A DNA stretch of 64,000 nt from Diadema antillarum (lineage: Eukaryota). The stretch covers positions 2,604,001 through 2,668,000 of the forward strand of contig NW_027270961.1 in the NCBI RefSeq assembly GCF_040938485.1. The letters run 5' to 3'. The position numbers and the translations under genes were made by a program. The first letter of the stretch is position 1; the number at the start of each line of letters is the position of its first letter. The notes under the pieces were generated by a model that made no database searches, had not been told where the DNA came from, and saw nothing but the letters and a program-made list of their open reading frames with translations. Shown in pieces: positions 38,461-51,493 of the stretch.

Positions 38461-39726
38461 AGAGGGGCGCAGGCATACCACCTGTTCGTTGTGATTGTGT
38501 TTGTCATGTAAACAAAGGCTAGCTGTGCTCACCGTCTTGTCGGTATTGTCTGAACTGGGCTATATTACGTGTTTATCCCCCCTTTTTTATTCACATTAAT
38601 TGAATAATAAATATCTGCAAAGTTATTATTCATCGTATAAATTTGATTGAAATGTATTAAAATGAATTCAAAACCTTTACTCATTAATGTTGTTTTATTA
38701 TAAATTGTTTGAATAAACAATACTCAAAGAAAAAGCTTTAAAAAAGTCTACCGTGAGCGAACTGATGCAATCCTAGCTCACTAGTACGTGGCAAACGATA
38801 ATGATCGATAATACCTGGGCCGGTTTATACGCCAATAGGAAATCTAAACAGCAGGCAGTGGTTTAGACATCTGCATGCAGATATATCATTAGTTTTCCCA
38901 CCCCCTGCATGGTTGTTCACGAAATACGAGAAATAGGCCCCTATATACTGCCTTCAGCCTCAAGGACTATGACATCAAACCGAAGAAATTATTCCCAGTA
39001 TTTCGTGAGAACAAGCAGGGCATAACGATTCGTGTGTGCGATGATGACGCCATGCAACATTTCCTCCATGATAATATTATAGGCTTACCCAGGGAGGTGT
39101 TCTCTTCCACCCTCCCTGGCTTACCACAGCATGTGCATAATCAAGCCGGGAGACGAGTAATCCAGTGAATTTCAGAACTTGGGAATAATCAATGCATCAG
39201 TTGTTACTAAAAAAACTCTGGTTGCTCCAAATTGTGATCTTTATTAGAGCTGCACCTGTCTGCGTCGAGTCCAGTTATGATAGTGATGGCACGATCCCCC
39301 TCCCCCCCCAAAAAAAAAACAACAACAACAACGAAAAGAAAAAAGAGTGTAATGACCATGACAATGACAATGACCATGACAATGACAATGACAATGACAA
39401 TGGCAATGACAATGAGAGCAATAATAACTGTCACAAAATGAGATTAAAAAAAAACCAAAACTGAGACGGGAAAGTGCGTGAACTTTTGATCCATGAGAGT
39501 CTGGACCGCCAGTCTCTAGAGACCAATTCAGTTTTTAGTGTCGACCATGACTGGGGGCTTCCGACAATTATTTATCGAGAAAAAGATAATTCAATGGGTT
39601 ATGCGATGAGTCACGTGCATTGTACTCAAGTGCATGAATTAACTTCTGTTAGGCATACTGAAGCCCCCCCCCCCCCCCCCCCCCCCCCGCTTAGCGCCTG
39701 TTATGGCTTCAATAGGCATTAACATA

Positions 39727-39759
<33 letters not shown>

Positions 39760-39927
39760 AACTTAGAAATGTCGCTGTGGCGACTGGTATGTCTCCGCAA
39801 TGAGGTTCTCCTAACAGGTCTAGTACAATGTCTTGACAATGTGTGATGACAGCAGGCCCGTAGCCAGGATTTTTCAAGGGGGGTGCGGTCACTAAAAAAA
39901 TGGACCTTCGGTACCAATACCAATGAT

Positions 39928-40012
<85 letters not shown>

Positions 40013-41229
40013 TTTGGACGACCGAACTACAAAAGTTGTATAAGAATTTGCGCGCGAAGCGCGCCGCAAATTGTGAATTTTGACTGTTTTAATGACGTTT
40101 TAAAGTCTCGAGGAAATTTGTATTTTTGTCTGTTGCATGCAATCGCGTTACGGTATTTCATCTAGGAAATAGTAAAAACTCATTTTGCCAGGAAGTTGCA
40201 AAGTTTAATTGTGTTCGAGACTCTGCGCGCGTAGCGCGCCGCAAAATTGAGAATAGTGAATTTCCTGGTGTTGTTTTAACTTTTATTTTTTCTATTGTAT
40301 ACCCGCGTTAGCAGGCCTGAAGCCAGGATTTTTAAAGGAAGGGGGGATTGCGTTAATTAACAAAACGGTCCTTTGATACTGTCCCGGGAGGGGTAGCGAC
40401 AATTAAAAGGTGGACACCATGCTCATACATGGACTTTCAAAATGGCCCCTAAACGAGTAATGATTATATGATTTTTTTTGGGCCTTAAAAACAAGTATTC
40501 CTTAAATGTTTCCTGCACCCTAAAGAAGTACTTCATCATGATTGAACAATATACCATTTTCCCAAATTTCGGCCTTTTTGATACCCTTTGATTATATACG
40601 CTCGTACATCACACTTTCCATCTGATCCGTGAGAAAAAACGACCCCTATTACGCGTTTTCTTTAGCGAGTATGGTCACGGTGTCCACCTTTCAGTTGGAG
40701 TTTTCCATCCCATTGGATGCTGTTTGGAAGATGAAACATTCACTTTACTATACAGTATATCAGCCGTTGGTATGCGAGTTTGTCAAAAACGAAAATAAAT
40801 AAGAAAATTTTTAAAACAAAATGAATTGTAAATGTGAACCATTTATATTTTGCCTCCTTGTGGTAGGATATTTCCAGCATTTCCGAACTTTCAAATAATC
40901 ATTTTAGATTTAATAATATTAAAGGTAGTAGATCCGATTCGCAAACATCTCCAATATCAGTCAAATGTCATATTAACCATCATGCTAAGAAGGTTTTCTT
41001 TGTGAAATTTGGAGGTCAGTGAAATTCAAAAATTAAACATCCGTTAGCCATTGGAAGAAGTTGAGTGCAAATTCAGACCTCAGGCTTAGTGCTCAGATGT
41101 TATCCTATTTGATTTGATCTGTCTTACTGTGCACACTAAGATACATACTGGAATGGTTATTTCTTATTTATCAAAATAATTATAGTAGCATATTTGGTTA
41201 CTAGCTGTCTCTAAGCATTTTCGAATTTG

Positions 41230-42172
41230 GGCTGCAAAGAGATCCACTACCTTTAAGTTAGAAGAGAGATAAGTAAATAATGATGAAATAAACAAACAAA
41301 AAAGAATGAGTTTCTTTTGTAATACTATCTGACAAACTTTTTACTTTACCATTTTACTTCATAGCTCAGCACTTTCCATTCTCTCTCATACCCTCTTACC
41401 CATTACATTTAAATGAAATGCAACTAAAATGAGTTTGCGTGCCTGCATAATACTCTTTGGAAATTATAAGTGAAAATGTTCTTAGGTTTTGGCTCACTTT
41501 AAAATGAGAACCAATAGAACTGTCACAACATGAGAAAATGTATAAGTAATAATCAACAGTACATTTCCGAATTTGGCCTGCAAAGAAATCCGCTACCTGT
41601 AAGTTAGAAAAGAGATTAGTAGATAATGATAAAATAAACAACAAAAAAGAATGAGTTTCTACCGCCGTATCCAGAACAGAGCCTGAATCGGTGCAGGCTC
41701 AAGAAATCGTTTGTACTAATACGTCTTGAAGTACTGTGTGATACTGTTGACTCAGACTTCTACAAAGCTGTAAGTAAGAATTTTAACCCAATCCGGCTCA
41801 TTACCTGTGTTTTTTATGAAAAAGATGAATAAAGAATGTAAATTAAATAACGCGTCACAATGCAGTCTAACGCTCTCACAATGTTATCATACATAGGGTT
41901 TTTCCCTGACTGTTTTTACTCCGGAGCTCTTGCAATATTCAGGCTTTTGTAATACTATCTGACAAACTTTTTACTTTACCATTTTACTTCATAGCTCAGC
42001 ATTCTCTCTCATACCCTCTTACCCATTACATTTAAATGAAATACAACTAAATTGAGTTTGCGTGCCTGCATAATACTCTTTGGAAATTATAAGTGAGAAT
42101 GTTCTTAGGTTTTGGCTCACTTCAAAATGAGAACCAATCGAACTGTCACAACATGAGAAAATGTATAACTAA
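41230..42172. repeat. Local direct duplications (A-B-A'-X-B')
   Basis: About 230-bp B at about 41318-41550 and 41948-42172, near identical. About 85-bp A at about 41230-41315 and 41578-41660. Confidence 0.85.
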
Positions 42173-42442
42173 TAGAGAACTGGAGTAAGACAGGCCTTTC
42201 ATTTTGTTTTGTCTCTCCTGATCGTTCGCAAGAAATGCTAATTCATGACCACCTTTTCACAATTTGATTGGAGCATGCATTCATAATGGAAAATAGTTGA
42301 CATAATAATCTATCCCCAGGCATTATCATGCCAACATGTACTTATATGTACATGTACTATATCTTTGTGAGACGTAGATATAAAATGTCTCAGGTTTTCG
42401 ATTATAGTAATTTCGAGGAAATTTCTTTAATCTTTATCATAT

Positions 42443-43125
42443 GTGACCGTGCACCTCAAAACGAACATAAAGTCGCACACACTGATTTTGCGTGAGGACT
42501 GAAAATAAGTGAAGTGGGTCAACCTAACCGAACTTGACTTTTTCATATTTTCTGAAAGAGAGGGTCTTCCTTTACATTATGCTAAAATTTGGTATCATAC
42601 AATGGGCAGGAATTACTGTGTTTTTTAGCAGTTTATCTCGAACATTTTTTGGTAGAATAGTGTGGTTAGGTGTGTCTTTAGAATCCCTTTTTCATTTCTG
42701 AAAAACCTTGTCCACACTCTTCACTTTCAACTTATAACTTTTGAAAAGATAGTGTTACCGCTTTGAAAGTTGGCATTGATTATGGACAGAATGTGTTAAT
42801 GAGGCATGCTTAATTTCAGTTTAATCTGATAATCCCTTCATTGTTGTTACTCTGGTGGTTTACTTTCTGTTTTTTTGTCTTTCATCGCACAGCTAGCACG
42901 GTTTGGTAAAGATTAAGCGCTTGAATAGACACTGTACTTTAATAAGAGCCTCTTTTCTCAGTTCACACTTTTCCTGAGTTTGTGCTTTCTTTCCAATATT
43001 TAGGAGAGTCCATTTGATTTGAGTTATACATTATTTTAAAGCTTAAAGTGTGCTCTTTCAGAATATGGACTTAACTAAAAATTCATGTCTGGCGACTTTT
43101 TGTTTGTTTTGAGGTGCAGGGTCAC
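42443..43125. mobile_element. Sola1-like MITE (GTGACC termini)
   Basis: GTGACCGTGCACCTCAAAACGAACATAAAGTCGC / GCGACTTTTTGTTTGTTTTGAGGTGCAGGGTCAC. Flanks ATAT and ATTA give an imperfect duplication. Confidence 0.7.
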
Positions 43126-43604
43126 ATTATATGTAAACTTGAGGCTATTAGATTTTCATCCACTTACCTCTGTCCCTGTGAAAAAATGCAAGTGTCAACC
43201 TCAATGTCATCCACGAATCGCACGTACTCGGGCGGCCAGTGGAAAAAAAAAAACACCGGTCACACGCGCCAAGGGCCATGGCATGCAGTGCCAATATAAT
43301 AATAGCTCGCACAAATTGATACATAACATTTGTGTTTGTGTGCATGGGGACGATCCGATGGTTCATACAACAAAAGGGTTTCGTACAATTATTTTTAACA
43401 TTGTTAAACGTACTCTTCCACATTTACGTAGCATATAATGTGTCTTTATATTTATTTGGATTGTTATCTTGAGAATTGCTAAAAACCGTTATTATGAAAA
43501 AGTGGACCTTTCAGAATTTGGGGGGGGGGGGGGTGCGTACGCACCCGACGCACCCCCCCTGGCTACGGGCCTGGACAGTTTCACTTACAATTAACAAAAC
43601 ATTA

Positions 43605-43666
43605 CAATGACAACTCGAAAACATAATGCCTCCGGCGACACTTCGTAGTGGAGGCGTAAAAAAAAG
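43605..43666 (-). mobile_element. 5'-terminal fragment of a HINE-like element (same family as 63419-64000)
   Basis: Minus strand TTTTTACGCCTCC...ACGAAGTGTCGCCGGAGGCATTATGTTTTCGAGTTGTC. Confidence 0.6.
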
Positions 43667-44416
43667 ATTAAAAAAAAAAACCGCACTCAAACCGAATCTG
43701 TCTGAACATGGAGCTACTACACATGGACTGGTAGTGAAAGTCTTTAGCCTATTATATGCATCATCACTGCTGCCACCTATGCATCTTATATCCATATTAC
43801 AGTGATTCTGGACAATGACGAATGCGTAATGTTGCATCGTCGCTGACAAAAAACCGCTTCCCTCATTTCGGTCCTCTTTGGCTGCGGTGCTTTTCATCGC
43901 CTTTTGCCTTTGAATAGACACCAATTATGGGGAGCAGCAAACCTGAAACAGGACGAATTCTCTGTCACAAAATTAGTAATTACTGAAGTGGACACCTCTG
44001 GACTTGGACACGTATGTAACTTTACTTAATGTTAGGATATAGACGTACTATAGTAAAGTGTCGTCTACCCGCGGTTGCTGTCCATGTTTACTCTGAAACA
44101 ATATGCGAAAATGAGGAAAATTAGATAACTAATCACAATCAACTTGCCAAAATATTTGCTTTCTGTGGCATTTCGCAACCTTGCATGCGCGATGATTTTC
44201 CAGTGTACACTATAACTGCACATGCATTTTCTTGAACATGTTGAAATCTTTATGAGAGTTTTAATATATACTAGGCCTATATATCTTCTGCGCATGCATA
44301 GTTTCATTTTTTTTTTCAAGGAGCCGTCTTGTTTTATATCCAGGCTGGCTGTTGGCGGTGATAACGAGATCAAAGCAGAAACAGGTGCATGAATTAACCC
44401 TTTTTGTGCCAATGAT

Positions 44417-46249
44417 CAGTGGCGTATCTAGGGAAAATGGCGCCCGGGGCAAGCGCGAAAATTGCGCCCCTAATTTCTGAAAAAGTGTTCAAGCCCAACC
44501 CCATCCCGTTAGGGACTTTAAAAAAATCCACATGATAGGCTTTTTCAAGGACTATAAAGGGGTCTTTTGAGGGTGATTTAAATGTAATAGATTTTGACAA
44601 ATTTTGGCGAGCGAGCCGAAAATTCTAATATTTCAGCTTACAAAACATGGAATTCTTGTCATTTTTTGGTTATTAAATCTTACAATTCTAATCAAGATAT
44701 AGTGACGGCCTGATAGATAACGATTTATACCAACAAACTAAGGACTTGAAAAAATACTGTAAATTGGTACGCGCGAGTGAGCCGAAATTTGTATATTTCC
44801 TCGTCATCATCACGTTTTGTTCTTATCTTTTTTATATATACATTTTGGCGAGCGAGCGCAGCGAGCGAGTCGAAAATTTTTGTATTTCAGCTTACTAAAC
44901 ATGGAATTCTTGTCATTTTTTGCTTATTAAATCTTACAATATATTCTAATCAAGATAATAGTGACGGCCTGATTGATAACGATTTATCCCAACAAATTGA
45001 GGACTTGAAAAAAATACTCTAAATTGGTACGAGTGAGTGAGCCGAATTTTGTGTATTTCTGCGTCATCATCACGTTTTGTTCTTATCTCTCTCTCTCTCT
45101 CTCTTTTTTTTTTTTTGGATAAATTTTGGCGAGCGAGCGCAGCGAGCGAGCCGAAAATTTTTGTATTTTAGCTTAAAAAACATGGAATTCTTGTCATTTT
45201 TTGCTTACTAAATCTTACAATTCTAATCAAGATATAGTGACGGCCTTATATAGATAACGATTTATACCAACAAACTGAGGACTTGAAAAAATACTCTAGC
45301 GAGTGAGTGAGCCGAAATTTGTATATTTCCGCGTCCTCATTATGTTTTATTCTTATCTTGTTTGATTTGTTGTTGTTTTTCGCCCCCCCCCCCCATGTTC
45401 GAAACCGGTTACAGCTCGAAGGTTCGTTATTCCGAAGGCTCTTTAGTCCGAAGATTCGTTATTCCGAAGGTTCATTGTTCCGAATTTCATTTTCGGATTA
45501 ACGATTCTTCGGAATAACGAACCTTCGGAATAACGCCACAGTAATGTTTGGATTTACGAACCCTTTTTCATTTTCGGATTAACGAACCTCTAGGTATAGG
45601 GAATTTGTGTGTTTCGGATTAACGACCCTTCGGATTAACGAACCTTCGGAATAACGAAACTTCGGAATAACGAACAGCACCCTCGAAACCGTTGGCGCCC
45701 TCTTTTGATCCAATCGGCGATCGCTACAGAACGAAAGAAATTGCAGTTCTGCTCCGTATAACATTTTACCTGCTAAATATAAAATGACATGTGTGAACAC
45801 ATTCACAATAGACTTGTGAGTTTGTCCGCTTCATCATCACGTTTAGTTCTTGTCTTCTTTTTTTTTTACATTAATTTTTATATAAATATAAAATTGCGCT
45901 CGCTTATTTTGTAGCGAGCGCAGCGAGCGAGCCGAAAATTTTTGTATTTCAGGTTACAAAACATGGAATTCTTGTGTGAACACAATAAACATTGTCAGTT
46001 TGTCCGCGTCATCATCATGTTTTGTTTTTAATCTTGTTTGATTTGGTTTTCTCCCTCCCCCCCCACCTCCACCCCATTCTCCCTCCACCCGTCCGGGCGA
46101 CATCTTTTTTTTTAATTCTTCTTCTTCTTCGTTTTTGTTTTTTGTTTTTTGTTTTCGTTTTTTCGTTCTTTTGCGCCCCCAAGGAGTGGCGCCCGGGCCA
46201 CGTGCCCCCCCCCCCCCCTTGCCCCCCTCTCCCCCTAGATACGCCACTG
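44417..46249. mobile_element. hAT non-autonomous element, 1833 bp, 8-bp target duplication
   Basis: ccaatgat|CAGTGGCGTATCTAGGG ... CCCTAGATACGCCACTG|ccaatgat. Contains about three internal 240-280-bp repeats (about 44600-45330) and a nested TTCGGAATAACGAAC MITE (about 45400-45685). Confidence 0.92.
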
Positions 46250-46260
46250 CCAATGATTAA

Positions 46261-46831
46261 AGGACAAGTTCACCTTCATAAACATAAGGATTGAGAAAAT
46301 GCAACAATATTAGTAGAACACATCAGTGAAAGTTTGAGGAAAATTGGACAATCGATGCAAAAGTTATGATTTTTTTAAATTTTTGTGCTGGAACCGCTGG
46401 ATGAGGAGACTACTACAGCTTGTGAGTCATATGCGTACAACAGTATAAAGAAAATATAAAAGAAAATTCAACATATTTTCACTTTTTTCGCATAATAAAA
46501 GAGCAATTGACATTTTCCTCTTTCTAAAGGCAGGGGGAATAATATTACCCATAACATTTATCGGTAACGAGTCAGGGAAATGTGTACTTTTTTCAAAAGA
46601 TGGAATTTTGTGAAATTCTCTTTATATTTTCCTTATATTATTGTACGCATGTGACATCTAAGTTATTCATACACTGCAGTAGTCTTCTCATCCAGCGGGT
46701 ACTGCACAAAAACTTCAAAAATTCATAACTTTTGAACGGATTGTCTGATTTTCCTCAAATTTTCAATGATGTGTTCTACTGATATTGCTACATTCTCTCA
46801 ATCCTTATGTTTATGAAGGTGAACTTGTCCT
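46261..46831. mobile_element. Complete Kolobok-type MITE, 571 bp
   Basis: TTAA|AGGACAAGTTCACCTTCATAAACATAAGGATTGAGA ... TCTCAATCCTTATGTTTATGAAGGTGAACTTGTCCT|TTAA. A TTAA duplication with RR...YY termini is the Kolobok signature. Confidence 0.9.
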
Positions 46832-48025
46832 TTAATGTGCGCAATTTCACACACAAACCAATGGACAGGAAATAATGTGACGCACAAAAGGTTAATGAGC
46901 GATTGATGTCTATGTGTATATGTGTATGAGTATAGGTCCATGGGCTATCGGGTGGATACTTCCTATTATATAACTCGTATAAAAAAAGGTAATCCAAATT
47001 TGAAGGGCTACTATTTTCATATGATTGTCAACAATGGAGAGCGCAATGTTGGTTGTGAGGAAAGGGGAACTCTTCCCCTGTTTATTGATTATGTTGACAG
47101 ATGTCATGCATGACTGAGCACATGAGCTTTGAAGACAACAGTGACAAATTGTATTTTTCCAAGTTTGAGTGTAATCGTGAGGGAACAATGAATGTCTCAC
47201 TGTATTGGATGAGGTCTGTCAATGAAAGTGGTCAAATTAACAGGTCAGATTAACAGAAAGTTTTGTTCCTCTACAGCAAACTGCCAAAGAGTTCCATACA
47301 AGATTAATTCATCGTTTCCTTATAGGCTGAACATGGACCTACCACACACATGGACTATAAGAACGCGGGATGTTTTTCTTTGATCCCATCATCACCACCG
47401 CCACCTGATTATTGAGGGTACCATCTATCGGCACCCTAATAATCTGCAATTCGTTTATTACAAAAGTATAAAACAAATCCGCCTAAGTTTTGCCTAGAGT
47501 ATGCCGTAAATACTGCAGTTCCGAATCCCTGATTCTGAAACTCCCTTCTATAGCGCTATTTTAGTGCGTGCGAAGCATTTTCTTCGCGCGGCTTATAGGC
47601 CTAAGGGTACCTCACGATCGTCACCCTCTCCCTCCATTGGCAATACATGTGCATGTGAATTTCACAGTCATGAGCGAATGTGTAATTGAACCACGTTTAG
47701 TTTGGTTTGTTAGTTTGTTTATGAGTTTGTTTTCCGTCTCTTCGCTTTCATTATTTCCATACCTAGTGGCGCTTATCCCACGCGTACCTTTTCGTTCTTC
47801 ACGCAAACAGCCATGATACGCAGAGTGCCGATGTCAAGGTACCCTGCCGATACGTGGTACCCTTACCATATACATTCAGACGTTTGGACAATGAAGATTG
47901 TGTAAATGTGCATCGTCACTGACAAAAAAAACCAAAACAAAACAAAACAAAAAACCGTTTCCCTCATTTCGGTCCTATTTGGCTGAGGTGCCTTTTCAGA
48001 CTCAACTGCCTTTGAATAAACATCA

Positions 48026-48868
48026 ATGATGGGGAGCAGCAAACCTCAAACAAGGACAAATTTTGCGTCATAAAATTGGTATCTTTATACTGATGCGGAT
48101 CAGCTTGCGGCCACGCATGTAACGTCCCTGAATGTCGTCTACTGTTCCTGTCCATGTGTACTCTGAAATAATGTGCGACAAATGGGGAAAATGGATTACA
48201 AAGCACAGTCAACCAGCCTAATCATTTTGCTTTTTCTTGTAAAGTATTTTACTAATGAAATTGCCTTATAGCGATGATTTCGCAATATACACTACAACTG
48301 CACACGCATTTTTCTTGATTACAGAGAGTTATTATCTTCTGAGGATGTAGTATTTAGATTTCTCAAAGCGCCGTCCCGTTTTTATCCAGGCTGGCTGTCG
48401 GTGGACAAGACTGGATCAAAGCAGGAAAGCATGTTCAAAATGTCTTTGTGACGCTTTTGACAGAAACAGGTGCACGAATCCATTGATTAACGAGCGATGA
48501 ATGTCCATGTGTGTGGTAGGTCCATGGGCTGAAAAACAGCTTCAATCGTTTCACTTTGATGAACTTCTCCTTTGGTCTTCGCATAAAATTTAAAAAAAAA
48601 AACTCTATGGAAGAGTGGCTTGGAGCATACATGGAACTTCTAAACGAGTGGGATGCTAAGCATGCAATATTGTGTAGTGCTATTACGTATGGGCGCCTCC
48701 ATTCTGCACAAACTGAGAAGAGATTCCACTCCTTCTCTAACACTTCCCTGCTTTGTAACAGCAAGGAGCTTCAAGCTTCTTGGTAACAGCCTAAACGCGC
48801 TCAAGGCTATTATAGATGATGGTGTTTTGACTGTTTCGAAGGAACAGAGTGATGATATCATAATATAG
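48026..48868 (+). pseudogene. Decayed small multi-exon gene, copy 2 (family unidentified)
   Basis: MMGSSKPQT/(frameshift)GQILRHKIGIF at 48026; exon 48390-48469 (LAVGGQDWIKAGKHVQNVFVTLLTET); exon from 48520 (GPWAEKQ..., with a stop and frameshifts). Confidence 0.5.
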
Positions 48869-49558
48869 TCATAACAAAATGATGTGTGTTATTTGTTTTA
48901 TAAATGATGAAGCAGCTCCTTGAAATAATTCAGAATGTAGGCGTTCTTATTCAGCAGCAGCCATTTGCTTTGCTAGGCCCATAGACTTTTCCGTTTGCCT
49001 CGGAACGATGGATACGAATTTTTACTAATGCTGATAAACCGATATTCTCATTTTTTTAAACATCAAATTTTCAAATGTTGGCATCTTCTTGCATGATAGC
49101 AATATGCAAAGATCACTAACAAACTTAATGATATATGATAGTCCTATCATACGTGCATAATTGCTATACGATTCATGGGTCAATTAGGGTGTCTCTCCTT
49201 TTAACCAGAAGCTGAATTCTCAGAAGAAAAAAGTAAATGATTTGTGCCTCATACATTACGTTGACCGTAGAAATCACTTTTGTATTTTCATTGGTTTTGC
49301 TCCGAGCGAGTTTATCAATATCATCATCTTTCATATTCTTTTTGTTTCGATTTACTGTCGAATTTTACAAATAGCCTAATTCGTGTGGACGACTGGGGGG
49401 GGGGGGGGGTGGGTAGGGTCCACCCTAGGTCCCTTGGAGTGACGTTGCTGCAGACCTTCTTTTTCTGGAGCAAAGTTGTAAATATATTGTCTATGGATTA
49501 AATACTATATATAATATTATTTTGTGTTTACATAAGATACGTCAAAGACAATACCTCC

Positions 49559-49714
49559 GGGCGGGTGTTTCATCAATTTAGTCAGCGCTGACAAGGTGTC
49601 AGTCTCTGACAATATCTTAAGTAAAATCCTTGGTTTTGATTGGCTGAGAAGCTTTGGTCACTGACTGTTACTATGGTAATTGTCAGCCCTGACAACTTTG
49701 ATGAAACGGTGCCC
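49559..49714. mobile_element. Harbinger-like MITE
   Basis: GGGC..GTTTCATCAA / TTGATGAAACGGTGCCC termini, palindromic interior. Confidence 0.65.
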
Positions 49715-50152
49715 AGTCCTCATTAAAGCAATCTCGAATTGTTTGTGTCGTTACTCATTGTCCAAAAAGCTCCCCCACCCCCTCCCCCCACCCCCCCCCC
49801 ACCCCCCAAAAAATCTCTTTCAGTGTTTGGCACTGTATTTCCGTCTTTCATTCTATGTGATCTACGGAATTGATAAGAACAATCAGGAGTTGAAGCTTGT
49901 TGATGATCCGTGAGACCCCCTCGATCCCTTTGTGCTGGGAGCGAAATATGACAGTTATGACGCTACTGAAACTATAGCACATGCAAACAAAATGTGTTTT
50001 TGAGACTGATCTTGAATTGTCTATCACACCGGCATGCTTGAGAGGCTTGATTTGCTTTGTTTTCTTTCTTTTATCATTTTAATGAGCGATTATCAGTCTG
50101 AGTAATAGTTGCCGGCAGTGTCTTTATAATTATATTAAAAGAAGAAAGCCTG

Positions 50153-50312
50153 GGGCCCGTTGCATAAAAGTTACAATTATGGTAACTTTGCCATCCAATG
50201 GTAACTACCATGGCAACAATACTCAACAGCCAATCAAAATCAAGAATTCCATGGAAGTTACCATTGAATGGCAAAGTTACCATAATAGTAACTTTTATGC
50301 AACCAACGGCCC
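50153..50312. mobile_element. PIF/Harbinger MITE with CTG duplication
   Basis: ctg|GGGCCCGTTGCATAAAAGTTAC ... GTAACTTTTATGCAACCAACGGCCC|ctg. Almost wholly palindromic. Confidence 0.85.
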
Positions 50313-51493
50313 CCTGGACGTAAAACAGTTGTTCACAAGCCTACCATCGTACATAAATTTGCATCAAGGGTCTTCGTATAAAGACTACAGAGGTGACGGA
50401 GCTGGACACTACTAGTATCCTATTCATTGAAAGTCTGTATGGGCGGGCTCGCTTGGGTCTGCATGTGCGCAGTCATCGAGATTCACTTGACATTCGAGGA
50501 CACGCAAGGAGGCGTGGCGTGCCCGTCGTCTCTGGTAAGAGGTTGTATAGGCTACGAGCAACTGACGAGAGTTCAGCCTGCAGCTGCGGGTCATGACACT
50601 ACAAACGATGGTACCATCGCTGCACTGGGAGTGCATGAGAGACCGGCATGTTTGTTGACCTAGGACGATAAATCCATGTCAAACTCAGGGACAAGCAAAG
50701 GCGTTGGTACCTTGACGAATGCGTTTGTACATACAGGTACAAGGCTTCTGATCTTAGGTGTACAACTGTGGCATGCTGCTGGGTTCTGTTTGCGAAGTTG
50801 GTCGGATTTCATGCCTGGTACTCCGTTGAAAAGTAAGAGAAAGGTTATATTATTTTGAAAGAACCTGATGTCGACTAGTATTACTATCATAGAGAAACAT
50901 ATTATGTCTATAAATTACATCGACTATAAACGGACTGCCCATCAGGGAGGCTGGAGGAGGGAGGTGCAAATGGGGTCTGTCCCACCTCTCTGGTGATGCT
51001 CTGTGAGAGTGTATTAAACAGTAGGTACCTACTGTCACACATTAGCTGTCTTTACCCCCTTTTAGCTTTTGGTGGTTGTGTCGTCTTTCCGCCACCTTGT
51101 TTTTTTTTTGTTTTTTTTTTGTTTGTTTTCGAGCCGTATCATCATTTCTATACACGCCAGGGAGGAAGGTCGTTTCGCCTCCGTGCTGGCGCAACCAGTA
51201 TTTAGCTGTAGGGCCTATGGACCTTTTTAATGCTGCAACTAGCAACTGTGCCCCCTGAAGTAAAACAAAAACACAAACACAAACCACGTACAAATCGTAG
51301 TTACACCAAGGAGGTACTAGTACTAGCCAGGCTCGCCTAGTACATCCTTTGTCATATTGTGCTCTCGCAGGTAGATTGCGTAGACCTAATGGCTCAATTC
51401 CCATCAGGCTTACTCTAATATGCATCTTTTCGTAGTGTTAGCAGGTGAAAAGAGCGAAGAGAGATTAACGGGAACTGCCCGAATATGCCGTTA

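Larger units (their letters stand above)
39853..43573. mobile_element. Composite hAT-like element with perfect 16-bp TIRs and a 5-bp flanking duplication (GACAG)
   Basis: gacag|CAGGCCCGTAGCCAGG ... CCTGGCTACGGGCCTG|gacag. The interior holds (CA)n(TA)n at 39926-40010, a second left end at 40312, a MITE at about 40380-40700, a local duplication and a Sola-like MITE. Pairing of the two ends is inferred. Confidence 0.55.
43927..47243 (+). pseudogene. Decayed small multi-exon gene, copy 1 (family unidentified)
   Basis: MGSSKPETGRILCHKI* at 43927; exon 44344-44384 (LAVGGDNEIKAET); exon from 46936 (GPWA..., frameshifted). Collinear with copy 2, with shared splice sites. Confidence 0.5.

Noticed and set aside
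38755-38800. Hammerhead ribozyme after the putative Penelope remnant (CTGATGC...GCAAAC)
   Set aside because: Core CTGANGA and GAAA are both mismatched and no stems were found.
39192-40165. ORFs with HT/YI/DN/CV runs
   Set aside because: Translations of (CA)n, (TA)n and (GACAAT)n microsatellites.
50424-50636. EGF-like CQVNLDDC on the minus strand
   Set aside because: An isolated octapeptide without the remaining EGF cysteines or splice context, and on the wrong strand for stabilin.
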